From the sequence record PZ212788.1: DNA of 64,000 nt, one strand, 5' to 3'. The DNA is from a phage. This document shows positions 53,985 through 64,000 of the stretch, piece by piece; positions within the stretch are counted from its first letter, which is position 1; every line of letters starts with the position of its first letter. The position numbers and the translations under genes are program-made. The notes below the pieces were generated by a model. That model was not told where the DNA came from. It was given only the letters and a program-made list of their open reading frames with translations, and did no database searches.

Positions 53985-55730
53985 ATGGCGCAAGACATGA
54001 CAAGCTTCGAGCAGGCGGTAGATCAAGTAATTGTTGATTCTGAACGTTTGCACTTGATTGTCAACGGTAACGCTGTGGATGAAGTTGTCGTAGAGGATGG
54101 GACCACTATCCCTACGGTACGAAAAGCCATGCTTGACACCCTTTATTTTAAAACGCCACCAATCCCTTGGGCGTATGGTGCATCCACAACAGTTTTTAAC
54201 CAGTTGTATGAGTTTAAAGGGGATACAGGCACTCAGTGGTGGTACGCCCCAGCAGCATCAAAATCTAACCCGGTTAGAATGCCAGCAGATCCTTCACAAT
54301 CTCCAAACTGGAGATTATACACCGACTCTGCAGTAATGGCAAAATACTACGCAAAACTTAACAGCCCAAGGTTCGAAGGTGACCCGCGAGTACCTACACC
54401 TCCAATGGACGACAAATCCGAGTCTATAGCAAACACAGAGTTTGTTGTTGACTATGTGGATAGCATATTTGAAGCCATGGAGGGAATGAAAGTTACTGTA
54501 GGGTCTTTGGTGGTAAAAGGTCTTACAGAACTTGCTAACACTATAGTTGGTGGCACACTCACCTTACATGGGCCTGTTAATGGAGCAGATTCTACTGCAC
54601 GCTTCAGGAACCTAATCCTCACGGCAAATACTTCTACACTTACTTTTGCGTGGAGTGATCCTAAGCATGCAGACTGGAGAAGCACAGAGCTGCAACCTCA
54701 TGAAGTGTCCACCCACAGGGTTATAGCTGACACTATAACTTCTGGGAAACCAGTGGCTAATAATAACGATGTGCATTTTGATGGTCTAGGTAATAACTTT
54801 TTTGACTACGTGTACATTCGTGGTAATGCCATGAAGGCAGCAACCGAACCGACATTGCAGGTAGATGGAACCACCAGGGTTAAGAACCTTGAGGTGACAG
54901 GCACTGTTACAGGGATAACCTACTCTGTCGATGGCACCATGATTTACCCTAGCTATATTGAAAGCACGGGGGACGCATTAATAAATGGTGATTTAGAAGT
55001 TGGCGGATCTGTAGTTATTCGAGGTACAGCCTCTATCCAAAACATAGCTCTGAATACCCTAAGAGTCAATGAGCGTGCAACTTTTGAAGGGGAAGGGCTT
55101 ACAGCCAACAAAGGTGTAATTACCGAGCTGACAACCACTACTTTAACTGCAACAACTGCAAACTCTGAAAACTGCAACGTTACCAGAAACTTGCAGGTAA
55201 ATGGAGATGTTAGTTTAAACGCAGCAGGGACGGGCACCACCTACCTTCACAACCTTGAAATATCCGGCACAGTGACTGGGTGGCTGCCAGACTTCTCTAA
55301 TGTCAACTTTGTTTGTAATGGCATTAACTCCAGTGGCAAGATAACCACCTCTCAAGAAATTGAGGCGGGTAAAACCATTACTGCCCCTACTTTCCACGCA
55401 GGAAAGGTAGATTTTGATTTAGAGGAGGTTGACGCGTCCAGTGGGACATGGACACCTAACGGGCAGGCCAGTATGTATGTTGTCCACGCGAAAGGGGATT
55501 TTACAATAGGACAATGGCCTGGTACATCAGCGGAAGATAAACCTTATCCATTCACTGCGGTTATCTATGTCATTCAGGATGCTGTAGGTCACAACGTGAC
55601 TTTGCACGATAAGTATGCTATCCTGTCGGCAACGCCTGTTATTAATAACAAGGCTAATAGTGTTACCTTGCTGCAATTAACATATTGTGGTGTTGGTGAT
55701 ATCGTAGACGTAGTAATTGCACAACGTTAA
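53985..55730 (+). CDS. tail fibre protein
   Basis: N-terminal FEGDPRVPTPP...SIANTEFV resembles conserved fibre collar motif of Stf/gpH-like fibres; beta-repeat middle. Confidence 0.6.
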   Translation: MAQDMTSFEQAVDQVIVDSERLHLIVNGNAVDEVVVEDGTTIPTVRKAMLDTLYFKTPPIPWAYGASTTVFNQLYEFKGDTGTQWWYAPAASKSNPVRMPADPSQSPNWRLYTDSAVMAKYYAKLNSPRFEGDPRVPTPPMDDKSESIANTEFVVDYVDSIFEAMEGMKVTVGSLVVKGLTELANTIVGGTLTLHGPVNGADSTARFRNLILTANTSTLTFAWSDPKHADWRSTELQPHEVSTHRVIADTITSGKPVANNNDVHFDGLGNNFFDYVYIRGNAMKAATEPTLQVDGTTRVKNLEVTGTVTGITYSVDGTMIYPSYIESTGDALINGDLEVGGSVVIRGTASIQNIALNTLRVNERATFEGEGLTANKGVITELTTTTLTATTANSENCNVTRNLQVNGDVSLNAAGTGTTYLHNLEISGTVTGWLPDFSNVNFVCNGINSSGKITTSQEIEAGKTITAPTFHAGKVDFDLEEVDASSGTWTPNGQASMYVVHAKGDFTIGQWPGTSAEDKPYPFTAVIYVIQDAVGHNVTLHDKYAILSATPVINNKANSVTLLQLTYCGVGDIVDVVIAQR

Positions 55731-55738
55731 TATATCTA

Positions 55739-55764
55739 ACCGCTCCTGACGGGGCGGTTTTCTT
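55739..55764 (+). terminator. rho-independent terminator
   Basis: ACCGCTCC-TGAC-GGGGCGGT hairpin followed by TTTCTT. Confidence 0.55.
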
Positions 55765-55778
55765 ATCTGGAGAACACA

Positions 55779-58700
55779 ATGCTTCCAATCCCTTTGCTAA
55801 AACTTGGTCGTCATTTCCTCGATAAGAGGGGTGGAATTAAGGAACTTGCTGTTCTGTCATACCCAATAGACAACAGTGATGGTACAAGCAACACAGTATC
55901 CTATGTAAATAGCTTAGCTATACTTTTTGATGATGGTCAGCTTAATATTACTGGCTATAATAGGTTCGGAGAGTGTCGGACTGGAGATCTTGATACAATA
56001 AACTATCCTAATGAGGCAGCTTGGAACGTAGACCATGTTTGGAGAGCTGACCGTGCATTTGTAATCCGCACATTCGATAATAAATTTTTCTATATTGGTT
56101 GCACAGCTGGTCTTATCGGATCGGAGGCAGCAGGTGGAAACGATGTTTGTGTCAGAGAGTGGACACCTTTGCCGGAACAGATCGTAACAGGGTTGCATTT
56201 GGACACCCATCCTGAGAGACTTGTTGAAGTAATGGGTGGCGTAAACAATACCGTGTGGGTAATTGCTGCACCAGAGGCTGATGGTATGCTTCACCTGTAC
56301 GGCTCTGGCAATAATACTTACGGCTCTCTTCATGTTGACAAAAGTCAACACGCTACTCCAGTTAAGATCGGTGAAACATCTGAAAGTCCAGAGACAGGTC
56401 CTTGGAAAAATCCAAGAATTAATTGTGAAGTTCATGACAACTCGGTTATTTTTGGTGGTCCTAACGGATTCTGGATTGCAGGTTACGACTTTCTGAGAAA
56501 TAACAGTAGAAACGACCTTGTTTGGCCTCCTGTGCAGATTACTCGTAACGATTTGAGGGGCATTCCTGCAGATGAGGAGTGGAAAGGGTTTATGTGTGGT
56601 CCTAACGGGGCAGTAATTGCTACACAGAGGATGCATAGACCCGATGACCAGCAGCTTGTTAACGTATTTTATGGTCAAAACATTTGGGGAGATGATACAT
56701 GGCGGGAACTGAATATCACCTACACCCATGAGGTAATGATGGCTCGTGGGTACGGCACAAGTGGCATTTTCTTCAATAATGGCACCAAGCAGTATCGTGG
56801 ATTCTCTCGCAACTTGTGTAATGATATTGGTGCACAATCTGCAAACAATAGTCCTAGGTCCGATTTTATCCACTATCAAGCTCTTGCTACAGCTAAATAT
56901 GTTGAGCAACGCCTGCCAGTTAGCTGGACAGAGAGTGTTTATTTCCAAGGCATCCATAGAGAAGGTTTCTTAGGGACCTTTACTGTTGTTAATGGTAAAC
57001 TTTGGTGGTCAGGCATCCCAAGGGGAAGTTTTGCAGGCTCTAACAACCTGTTTGGAGGCAGACTTAATAGCCAGGGGTTCACAGAGGTTCCTGAGAATTG
57101 GTATAAAAATGTCCCGGTAGACAGTTGGGGTGTTGAGGATATTTTCGACGTTAACGGTGTTAGCAGCGTTAGCAATATTTACATTGGTGACACGGTCAAG
57201 ATGAAGTTGAAGCCTCAGCCAGAGGGGGCTACGTTCATTATTGACAAGATTGAACTGGTAAATGCTGCAGGTACGGTTGTTACAGATGCAAATTACCAAT
57301 TCTCCACCAACTGGAACCACGGAGGGGCCAATGAAGTTGTTGTCACCCAGTATAACAGAAATGTTAACAGACGTGGCCTGTACTCTGTAAAAATAACCTA
57401 TCATGACAAGCATGGCACAGGCAGAACCCATACGACAAGGACTTTGAACTGGAACACCATAGTTCCTGCGTACCCGTCTGATGGTAAATGGCATACTGTC
57501 GGTAGAAACAAACAGTTCCATGTCAACGATACTGTATACTTTGGGTTGAATGCGGCTCAGCCTGCAGTAGAAGGGGATACATCGTATATGGTCAGACTCC
57601 ATAGAATGGATGCCGGATCAGTAACTTATGATGTTACCCAAGAGATTTATAATCAGCGACGAAATACCTATGATAACTTGGTGCAGACACAGGCCTTATG
57701 GGAGTTCAACCCAAACGGCAGAGGTGGTAAAATGTTGCAGGTCAATGAACAAAACGGGACATCGTTAACTGTTCACGAACACCCAAACCCTTGGCCTGAT
57801 CCTGGAAAACCTAACTCTGGTGCTCGTACACTGAAAATTGTCAGCCATGATGTAGGATATTTCGGAATACGCTGGGAAGCTACAGTAAGATATGCCGACG
57901 GGACAACAAACAACATAGGGATCACTCTTGGTGGCACTAGTGAGGATAACTCACTGAAAATTGCCTACACCCCTAGAGGCATCTCTATTGACAATATGGA
58001 TGTTGTTCGCAACGGTTACGGCGATGTGAATGTCAAAGTTACTCTTGGCGAACATCTTGGTGGGGAAAGGATCATCATGTATGCCTTTGATCATGACCCT
58101 CGCACCAACGGAACCTATGCAGACCAGGCGTGGAGCTACCTGATAAGCGCACCTGAGCCAAATACTAAAGAGTTCTACTACGGTATGAAGCGAGATGTGT
58201 GCAAGAAAACAGGAACACATGACTGGATTGCTATCTGCGTTAAAGATGAGCGCACAGCTTGGGACGAGCCTGTTAACAGATGGTTCATAGGGATTCCTAC
58301 CAGAAGTGATAAATACGTTGAAGACTATATCGTGTGTATGGGCGGCACCAACCTCAACATGTGTTGGAACGAGGATGCTGCAAACAAATACTCTGACTAT
58401 GACTATATGAGGGACTACTCTTGCAATCAATGGTTTAACCAATCCGGATATGCTAATCGACAGTCAAGAGTAAATCCTGCAATCTTTACAGATACGCAGG
58501 TTTTCTTGTTGAAACAGGCAAACGAGGTTCAGACCTTCAAGAATAACTATGACCCTAATAAGTGGTTCTACAACTGTTACGGGGCATACTTTTGGGGACC
58601 TGCTGAACTGCCTGACAGCGGCTCTTGCTTCGAGGCTGCAACCTACGGCAGCGACTATATCATGGGACAGGTCAAGAAGTACAAGATGATCCCAGGGCCT

Positions 58701-61406
58701 GAAACTTTAGGTAACGCTGTTGACCCATACATAAATTTCGCAGCTTTGCATGCGAATATGGATGGTGCAAGGTATCCGTTCAACGTTCCAGTCGCCAATG
58801 GGTACAGACGTGTCGTGATGATTATCAAATGCGATCTGATCGGAAAGCAAGTTCTTGCAGAAAACGGAACATCCACACATCCTTTTGAAGTTGCTCTGCA
58901 CTACCAGTTTGCAGACTCACCATATGCGGGAGATAAAAGAATCTCCGACACAGACTCTAAGCGCTGTAAGAAAGTTTTACTTGGAGCCGGGTGGTGGTGG
59001 TACGAGTTTGATTTAACAGATAAGTTCACAGATGATACCAAAACTCTCACAGGTATCCGTCTGGACCTTGGTGAGAACATGCACAAAGCTGTTTGTGATG
59101 GCACCTACGGTGATCCTACAGTATACTTGAAGTATGTCTCTCTTGAGCATCCAGAGGATGCCGTAATCGGTCCTAAACTGAAATTGTTCGGCTCATGGAT
59201 TGCCAAGGATAGAGTAGGAATGGGTAAGAAAGTGAGAGGATTCCTGATAGACGCAGGGACAGAGGACATGCTGGTTAATGCAGTGTGGCCTACGCTAGAA
59301 GGCACTGCCTACAACAATGCAGCTAGGTCTATAAATTGGTTCAACATTCACAGAGCTATGTGGACCACTAACTGCTACTTGTGGAGAGAGCTTAACGATC
59401 AGGCCTTTGGCTTTAGTGACGGCAGAAGGATGGCGATCATTTGCTGGACAACACTGCAAAGATGTTATGACCATGACTACGAGATTGGCGGTAGAGCATG
59501 GAAAGATATCAGAGATAGAATCATATACAATTTTGCAGATGATAATGGTGGCGGGGCATATAACTTTGGCACAAGCCGACTTATCCACTTGAACGGATCT
59601 TTAGCCTACAAGAAAGAAGGTTACTCTGGGTCCATGATCGAGTGGGGCCTGGTAAAAGATGCTCGTATATTGATGGGCCAGCAACTTGCTGCCGCAATAG
59701 GACCTAGCGCAGTGCAGTCTGTTAAACCAGCGTGGTTCGATATTCCATTGTGGTCACCTGGAACACCAGGAACTGCTGCAATCAACCCTACCACTGGGGA
59801 TCTAGAAATCTCATGGGAGGACTTGAAGCAGGTCGGTGGTTGGGATAAAACAGGGTATCAGGTTCAGTGGTGGAGGCCTGATGGATCTTTAGCCGCTGAT
59901 GAGTTTGTTAAGGACAATTTCTACACTATGTCTTCTGCAAAAGCACAGCAATTGTTCGGTCAGGCCACTCCGTCAACGATCACCATGTCTATGTGCTGTA
60001 AAGACAACAGGACTGGAGCTCTGGGACCGAGGGTTGCTAAGGTTTTCTCAGGTATTAAATGGAATCTTCCTGTTCAAAGTGTTTCATGGAAGCAAATAGG
60101 TGATAACAAGCTGCTGGTTACCCCTGCCTGTCAGTTCAACGCAACTCTTAACGTTGATCCTGCTGTTGCGGCAAACTCAGCTAAAGCTTCTGACTTCTCT
60201 GTGTCTAACACTGCTATGGCAGATGTGAGGAAGATTGACACACTGAACGCCAGAATTACCTGTAAAAACACTTATGGCACATTCCAAATCATCAACAACT
60301 TCACAGATGCTGATTCTAAGGTAGTAAGGACAGCAAGCCAGACTCTGAGTTTAGGGACTCTGGCCTATGCGGCCCTGATCACCGAGCAGTCGGCAACACT
60401 CCAAGGAGGTGGTGTAGGCAAGTCCATTGCAACACCTGTGTGGAAGCCAAATGAGTGGGTTGTGTTTGATTTGACTGTGGACTTCTCCAGCGATAATAAC
60501 TGGACATGGGTAAGGAATTGTTTGTCACAATTGATGGGAGGTCCAAGCTCCGTTAGTGATAGTCACGACTCTACTGACCCGAGTGTGTTCCAGGTAGGTA
60601 AAACTCACCCAGAGACTGGAGAAACGTTGCCTGACAGGAAGTATGCGTTGGTTTGCATCTCTTACGGGAAGGCAGATGTCACCTTCTCGGGGACACACAC
60701 TTATAACGGAACATACAATTTCTCAAGGAAGTATAGTCTCAAAGCAGGGAACATTATAGACGAGGTTGGTGCACTGTATAATCCTGGAAACGGCATAGGG
60801 ATTGTGGGTGGTCAACTGCAGATGCAGGAACCTTCTATTACCCCTTCCAACGTATCTGGGATTAGAAAGACTTGGGAAAGTAGCAATACCAACATTGCAA
60901 CAGTGGATGCTACCACAGGGCTGGTAACATTTAAAGCTACTGGGAATGTCACCATAAAGTTTGTAGTTACAGATGATGCAGGCCGCAAAACGTCCTCAAC
61001 ATCATTCACTGTCAAACAGATGGCACCTCAGTGGTTTATTTGGGAAGGAAATCCTCTTGACGGGGCCTACCCTAGACCTGCAGGAACGTCTAATATGAGG
61101 GTCTTTACCGGTCCGGTAATGAACAATCCGACCACAACCACCAACCCTACATTTTTTGGTGCTTACATACCTGAAATTATTGGCCTACCAAGGAACCAGA
61201 TACAACTGCTTTTCGGAGCAGGTGTTGATGGTCTAGCCACTTTTGGGTACAGTGACAACATTGATGCAGCCAGAAGCTCTGGTTGGATTGGATTTAAGTT
61301 TCAGTGGAACCCTGGTGGTAGAACATTAGGTATTGCAAGCATAGGTGTTATGCTACCTGGTAACCAGCAATACCATCTCGAAGCTTATACAAACTTCCCT
61401 AGTTAA
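55779..61406 (+). CDS. giant structural protein (1875 aa), candidate adhesin/fibre with Ig-like domain
   Basis: Single uninterrupted ORF with GGAGAA RBS; Ig-like (Big_2-type) segment near C-terminus. Confidence 0.5.
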   Translation: MLPIPLLKLGRHFLDKRGGIKELAVLSYPIDNSDGTSNTVSYVNSLAILFDDGQLNITGYNRFGECRTGDLDTINYPNEAAWNVDHVWRADRAFVIRTFDNKFFYIGCTAGLIGSEAAGGNDVCVREWTPLPEQIVTGLHLDTHPERLVEVMGGVNNTVWVIAAPEADGMLHLYGSGNNTYGSLHVDKSQHATPVKIGETSESPETGPWKNPRINCEVHDNSVIFGGPNGFWIAGYDFLRNNSRNDLVWPPVQITRNDLRGIPADEEWKGFMCGPNGAVIATQRMHRPDDQQLVNVFYGQNIWGDDTWRELNITYTHEVMMARGYGTSGIFFNNGTKQYRGFSRNLCNDIGAQSANNSPRSDFIHYQALATAKYVEQRLPVSWTESVYFQGIHREGFLGTFTVVNGKLWWSGIPRGSFAGSNNLFGGRLNSQGFTEVPENWYKNVPVDSWGVEDIFDVNGVSSVSNIYIGDTVKMKLKPQPEGATFIIDKIELVNAAGTVVTDANYQFSTNWNHGGANEVVVTQYNRNVNRRGLYSVKITYHDKHGTGRTHTTRTLNWNTIVPAYPSDGKWHTVGRNKQFHVNDTVYFGLNAAQPAVEGDTSYMVRLHRMDAGSVTYDVTQEIYNQRRNTYDNLVQTQALWEFNPNGRGGKMLQVNEQNGTSLTVHEHPNPWPDPGKPNSGARTLKIVSHDVGYFGIRWEATVRYADGTTNNIGITLGGTSEDNSLKIAYTPRGISIDNMDVVRNGYGDVNVKVTLGEHLGGERIIMYAFDHDPRTNGTYADQAWSYLISAPEPNTKEFYYGMKRDVCKKTGTHDWIAICVKDERTAWDEPVNRWFIGIPTRSDKYVEDYIVCMGGTNLNMCWNEDAANKYSDYDYMRDYSCNQWFNQSGYANRQSRVNPAIFTDTQVFLLKQANEVQTFKNNYDPNKWFYNCYGAYFWGPAELPDSGSCFEAATYGSDYIMGQVKKYKMIPGPETLGNAVDPYINFAALHANMDGARYPFNVPVANGYRRVVMIIKCDLIGKQVLAENGTSTHPFEVALHYQFADSPYAGDKRISDTDSKRCKKVLLGAGWWWYEFDLTDKFTDDTKTLTGIRLDLGENMHKAVCDGTYGDPTVYLKYVSLEHPEDAVIGPKLKLFGSWIAKDRVGMGKKVRGFLIDAGTEDMLVNAVWPTLEGTAYNNAARSINWFNIHRAMWTTNCYLWRELNDQAFGFSDGRRMAIICWTTLQRCYDHDYEIGGRAWKDIRDRIIYNFADDNGGGAYNFGTSRLIHLNGSLAYKKEGYSGSMIEWGLVKDARILMGQQLAAAIGPSAVQSVKPAWFDIPLWSPGTPGTAAINPTTGDLEISWEDLKQVGGWDKTGYQVQWWRPDGSLAADEFVKDNFYTMSSAKAQQLFGQATPSTITMSMCCKDNRTGALGPRVAKVFSGIKWNLPVQSVSWKQIGDNKLLVTPACQFNATLNVDPAVAANSAKASDFSVSNTAMADVRKIDTLNARITCKNTYGTFQIINNFTDADSKVVRTASQTLSLGTLAYAALITEQSATLQGGGVGKSIATPVWKPNEWVVFDLTVDFSSDNNWTWVRNCLSQLMGGPSSVSDSHDSTDPSVFQVGKTHPETGETLPDRKYALVCISYGKADVTFSGTHTYNGTYNFSRKYSLKAGNIIDEVGALYNPGNGIGIVGGQLQMQEPSITPSNVSGIRKTWESSNTNIATVDATTGLVTFKATGNVTIKFVVTDDAGRKTSSTSFTVKQMAPQWFIWEGNPLDGAYPRPAGTSNMRVFTGPVMNNPTTTTNPTFFGAYIPEIIGLPRNQIQLLFGAGVDGLATFGYSDNIDAARSSGWIGFKFQWNPGGRTLGIASIGVMLPGNQQYHLEAYTNFPS

Positions 61407-61423
61407 CAGGAGGAAAATAAAAA

Positions 61424-61448
61424 AGGGGCCAAACGGCCCCTTTCTTTT
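61424..61448. terminator. bidirectional rho-independent terminator
   Basis: AGGGGCC-AAAC-GGCCCCT hairpin flanked by A-run upstream and T-run downstream; sits between convergent genes. Confidence 0.7.
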
Positions 61449-61453
61449 TATAA

Positions 61454-61654
61454 TTAGTAATATTCCCAACATGCCCCATCTTCAGACGGCTTGACGCGCT
61501 TACCTTTATGGTCAACATAGGTATAGCCACAACCTTCACAAATAACAGGTGCTGCATAGCCTTCCTTCCACTGATCCTCAGTGATCAGACCTTCCAAATC
61601 TTTGCAGTCAAAGCCAAACAACTCTTCAGAGCAATCTTTACAAAAATCAGCCAT
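61454..61654 (-). CDS. small zinc-ribbon protein
   Basis: CKDCS ... CEGCG cysteine pairs. Confidence 0.4.
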   Translation of the reverse strand: MADFCKDCSEELFGFDCKDLEGLITEDQWKEGYAAPVICEGCGYTYVDHKGKRVKPSEDGACWEYY

Positions 61655-61657
61655 TTC

Positions 61658-62122
61658 TCAGTCCTCGCATTTAACAAATTTTTCTATAGATCCACCAAGC
61701 ACAGCTTGTTGTTTGATGGCACTTTCTTCATCATAGTGGATAGACTTATGTTCCGTACCTCCAAACTTACCTGTGTGGAAGGTGTGCACCCAAATCTCTT
61801 TAGGAAGGGATTTATTCTCTTCCTCCACCAACTCCCACATACCCCACAAGTGATCTGTGATATCTCTGATGAAATATCCCTCGCCGAGGTTTGTATTCAC
61901 ACTGTAAGCTGATTCGTGATCTCCGCAAATATAACGGAAGGCAGTGTACTCTTTACCTGGTGTGAAGTGAGTATCCATTAGTATGGCTGTTAAAGAATAA
62001 GGGTCTCGAAAGCCCAAGAACTTTAGTTTAACAATTTCGACATTTACATCTGCAAGATTATCCATGACGATCTCCTCTGTTTGGTTGGTGAGAATTATAT
62101 ATAGATCTGGTGGTGGTGTCAA
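61658..62122 (-). CDS. hypothetical protein
   Basis: ORF in minus-strand operon. Confidence 0.4.
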   Translation of the reverse strand: MTPPPDLYIILTNQTEEIVMDNLADVNVEIVKLKFLGFRDPYSLTAILMDTHFTPGKEYTAFRYICGDHESAYSVNTNLGEGYFIRDITDHLWGMWELVEEENKSLPKEIWVHTFHTGKFGGTEHKSIHYDEESAIKQQAVLGGSIEKFVKCED

Positions 62123-62226
62123 GCTTAATTTTAAGAGATCTGAGAGGGTATTTTATTCAGGAAGGCAATCGCACAGGGTGGAGAAATTTATGAAGGCACA
62201 GGCCTCGTTTGAGGCCTTAAATTCTA

Positions 62227-62607
62227 TTATGACACTTTGACATAGCGCTCTGACAAAGCTGGGAAGCCAAAAGTAGTGCCTATACTACCATAGGCTATCC
62301 ACCATTGGAGTTCATCGTGACACCATTTTCCGATCAGGAAGGTGCTGGGATAGCGGGTCAGTATTTTGGCATAAGCTTTAGGATCTGCATCTTCTGGGAT
62401 AATGATGCTTGGAATATCTTTGTTATGACCACAGCAGCAGTTTAGCGTTTTCAAACCTGCTGCCCACAAACTCATGATAGGCTTAGCCATACACTTATCA
62501 AGGCACACACGTTTTTTGCCGTCACGAAGATTTTTAGGCACATCAACGATAACATTTGGATGCTTGGCACCTTTCACTTTCCAATTATAGGATTTACACT
62601 TGCACAT
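62227..62607 (-). CDS. cysteine-rich hypothetical protein
   Basis: CKCK, CLDKC, CCCGH clusters. Confidence 0.4.
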   Translation of the reverse strand: MCKCKSYNWKVKGAKHPNVIVDVPKNLRDGKKRVCLDKCMAKPIMSLWAAGLKTLNCCCGHNKDIPSIIIPEDADPKAYAKILTRYPSTFLIGKWCHDELQWWIAYGSIGTTFGFPALSERYVKVS

Positions 62608-62657
62608 TTAATCAGTCTCCGTCTAGAAAGCCGCACTATACGTTTTTGAGGTATACT

Positions 62658-62828
62658 TTACTTAAAGTCTTTATCACCTGCCACGATTGCATGAATCCAC
62701 TCATTGTGATGCTCAATAGCGGTGAGATGTAACATGATGTAGTGATCGTCATTGCCAAACATGATATGATAGGCTTTGGCAGCATTTTGATATAACTTCC
62801 ACATCAGGTAATGATATCTTCGCCTCAT
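62658..62828 (-). CDS. small hypothetical protein (56 aa)
   Basis: ORF below 60 aa filling the gap between 62607 and 62834, GGAG 9 nt upstream. Confidence 0.25.
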   Translation of the reverse strand: MRRRYHYLMWKLYQNAAKAYHIMFGNDDHYIMLHLTAIEHHNEWIHAIVAGDKDFK

Positions 62829-62833
62829 GGCTC

Positions 62834-63304
62834 TTACTCCGGTGCAGGATCTGGGTAATCTTCAATAATAAAGGGCCATCCGTTCCGCTTAGCCTCAGAC
62901 TTATACTCAATCTCCTTCATTGCAAACTCTAACTGATTCTTAGCCGGAATACATGCCGGAGAATCATCAATCCAGATATCTGGGTAGATATCAAACTGCG
63001 CCAGGTAGGCTGCCTTCTGAACACCACCTGTGTAGAACACACCAACATCGAGCTCCTTGCGCCAATACTCAATGTCTACATTGTCTTGAGTAATGAATCG
63101 GAAAGTCACAAGGTAGACTGTCCACCCCTCCTTCTTCAGATCCCTGATCAGGCGGGAGAAGATGAAAGGGCTCGCATTAAACGTTCCATCAAAGTCGATG
63201 GCAATGATGTGCGTGCCGTGGCGAGTCTCATATGGATTGCTCGTGGTAAGATTGCTGTAATTAAAAGGGACTTCTTCCCCGCAGTAGCTGTAGTCCATAT
63301 TCAC
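62834..63304 (-). CDS. HAD-superfamily phosphatase / nucleotidase (putative)
   Basis: HAD motif I IAIDFDGTF and motif IV-like WIDDSP. Confidence 0.5.
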   Translation of the reverse strand: MNMDYSYCGEEVPFNYSNLTTSNPYETRHGTHIIAIDFDGTFNASPFIFSRLIRDLKKEGWTVYLVTFRFITQDNVDIEYWRKELDVGVFYTGGVQKAAYLAQFDIYPDIWIDDSPACIPAKNQLEFAMKEIEYKSEAKRNGWPFIIEDYPDPAPE

Positions 63305-63576
63305 ACCTTCTCGTTGATAAATTTACGGGCGGTTTGGTGAGTTGTTTCTGCTGTCTTCAGAATGATATTAATTTTATCGTCAAGATCATTCATCTCGGCA
63401 GTTAATTCAGGAATCTCTCCGGCATGCATGGTGAAATCATACATAGACATGCCCAAGATCTCATTGATGCGGCGGTTGCATTCTGCAGCACGCTGGTTCA
63501 TTTTCCAAGCTAACACCAAAGCCTCCTGCGTAGCCTCTAGTGCAAAATCTAATACGTCGGCCTCTTCTTTCGTCAT
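63301..63576 (-). CDS. hypothetical protein
   Basis: ORF, stop overlaps next start. Confidence 0.4.
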   Translation of the reverse strand: MTKEEADVLDFALEATQEALVLAWKMNQRAAECNRRINEILGMSMYDFTMHAGEIPELTAEMNDLDDKINIILKTAETTHQTARKFINEKV

Positions 63577-63633
63577 CTTAGTCTCTCCTGTTGTATTGTT
63601 GGTAGGTGTATGAATACCTTATAACTCACCTTT

Positions 63634-64000
63634 TTATTCAAACTGCAATAGTAAGTCCACCACCGCGCTAGGTCTGTCAACAAATTCCCCAGGTCCACAT
63701 GCCCACAGAGGGTATCCGTCTACATACCGCCAAATCCAACCTGCAGTGTGGAGTTCGAGCAGGGCAGTACCGTCCTTACTGTCAACCACTCTTTCCCACA
63801 GTGTCGGGCAGCGAAGCTTGAGGATCGGATCCCCTCCCTTATACCCATCCATGTAGATACCCATTGCAAAGTTCAGCATCATCTTTTTGTGCACTGATCT
63901 TTTACTGAGGGTACTCATCACTTCCTCTTTGTGAATGTTTGTAAGCTTCTCCTTGGCTACCCGCAGATCGTTGCAACCATTGTTCAGCAGATCTTCCAGA
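63634..64000 (-). CDS. hypothetical protein, partial (frame open to window end)
   Basis: Minus-strand frame has no stop between 63921 and 64000, so the gene probably starts beyond the window. Confidence 0.4.
   Translation of the reverse strand, partial: LEDLLNNGCNDLRVAKEKLTNIHKEEVMSTLSKRSVHKKMMLNFAMGIYMDGYKGGDPILKLRCPTLWERVVDSKDGTALLELHTAGWIWRYVDGYPLWACGPGEFVDRPSAVVDLLLQFE

Noticed and set aside
55914-56957. 347-aa minus-strand ORF
   Set aside because: Entirely antisense within the 1875-aa gene, no RBS or promoter seen; the long plus-strand ORF is far less likely to be chance.
1-64000. Prophage or integration features (integrase, attachment sites, repressor)
   Set aside because: No tyrosine/serine recombinase motifs or lysogeny regulator were recognised, so the element is treated as a virulent phage segment; this cannot be excluded for regions outside the window.

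Overview
This 64 kb window reads as a contiguous segment of a tailed, apparently virulent dsDNA phage genome (no integrase or repressor recognised). Positions 1-9402 are a minus-strand early/DNA-metabolism block: Endo VII-like and RuvC-like nucleases, a FEN-type 5'-3' exonuclease, a lambda R-like endolysin, an ATP-dependent DNA ligase, a Sir2-like protein and a T4 Rnl1-like RNA ligase. From 9446 transcription switches to the plus strand: a P-loop kinase and metallophosphatase (completing an RNA-repair cassette with the ligase), a winged-helix gene followed by a 4-copy iteron array and ORF-free AT-rich and GC-rich tracts, and a cluster of six canonical tRNAs plus one atypical tRNA-like element. 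A spanin pair precedes the structural module: large terminase, portal, scaffold, capsid, sheath and tube, a tail chaperone with a -1 frameshift site, tape measure, baseplate proteins and at least six fibre-like proteins including a paralogous fibre pair and an 1875-aa giant protein. After a bidirectional terminator at 61.4 kb a short minus-strand block follows. All calls are from motif reading, gene order and the ORF track only; no database search was run. The most unusual content is the split RNA-repair cassette with adjacent Sir2-like gene and tRNA cluster, the iteron and noncoding region, and the very large multi-fibre tail module.
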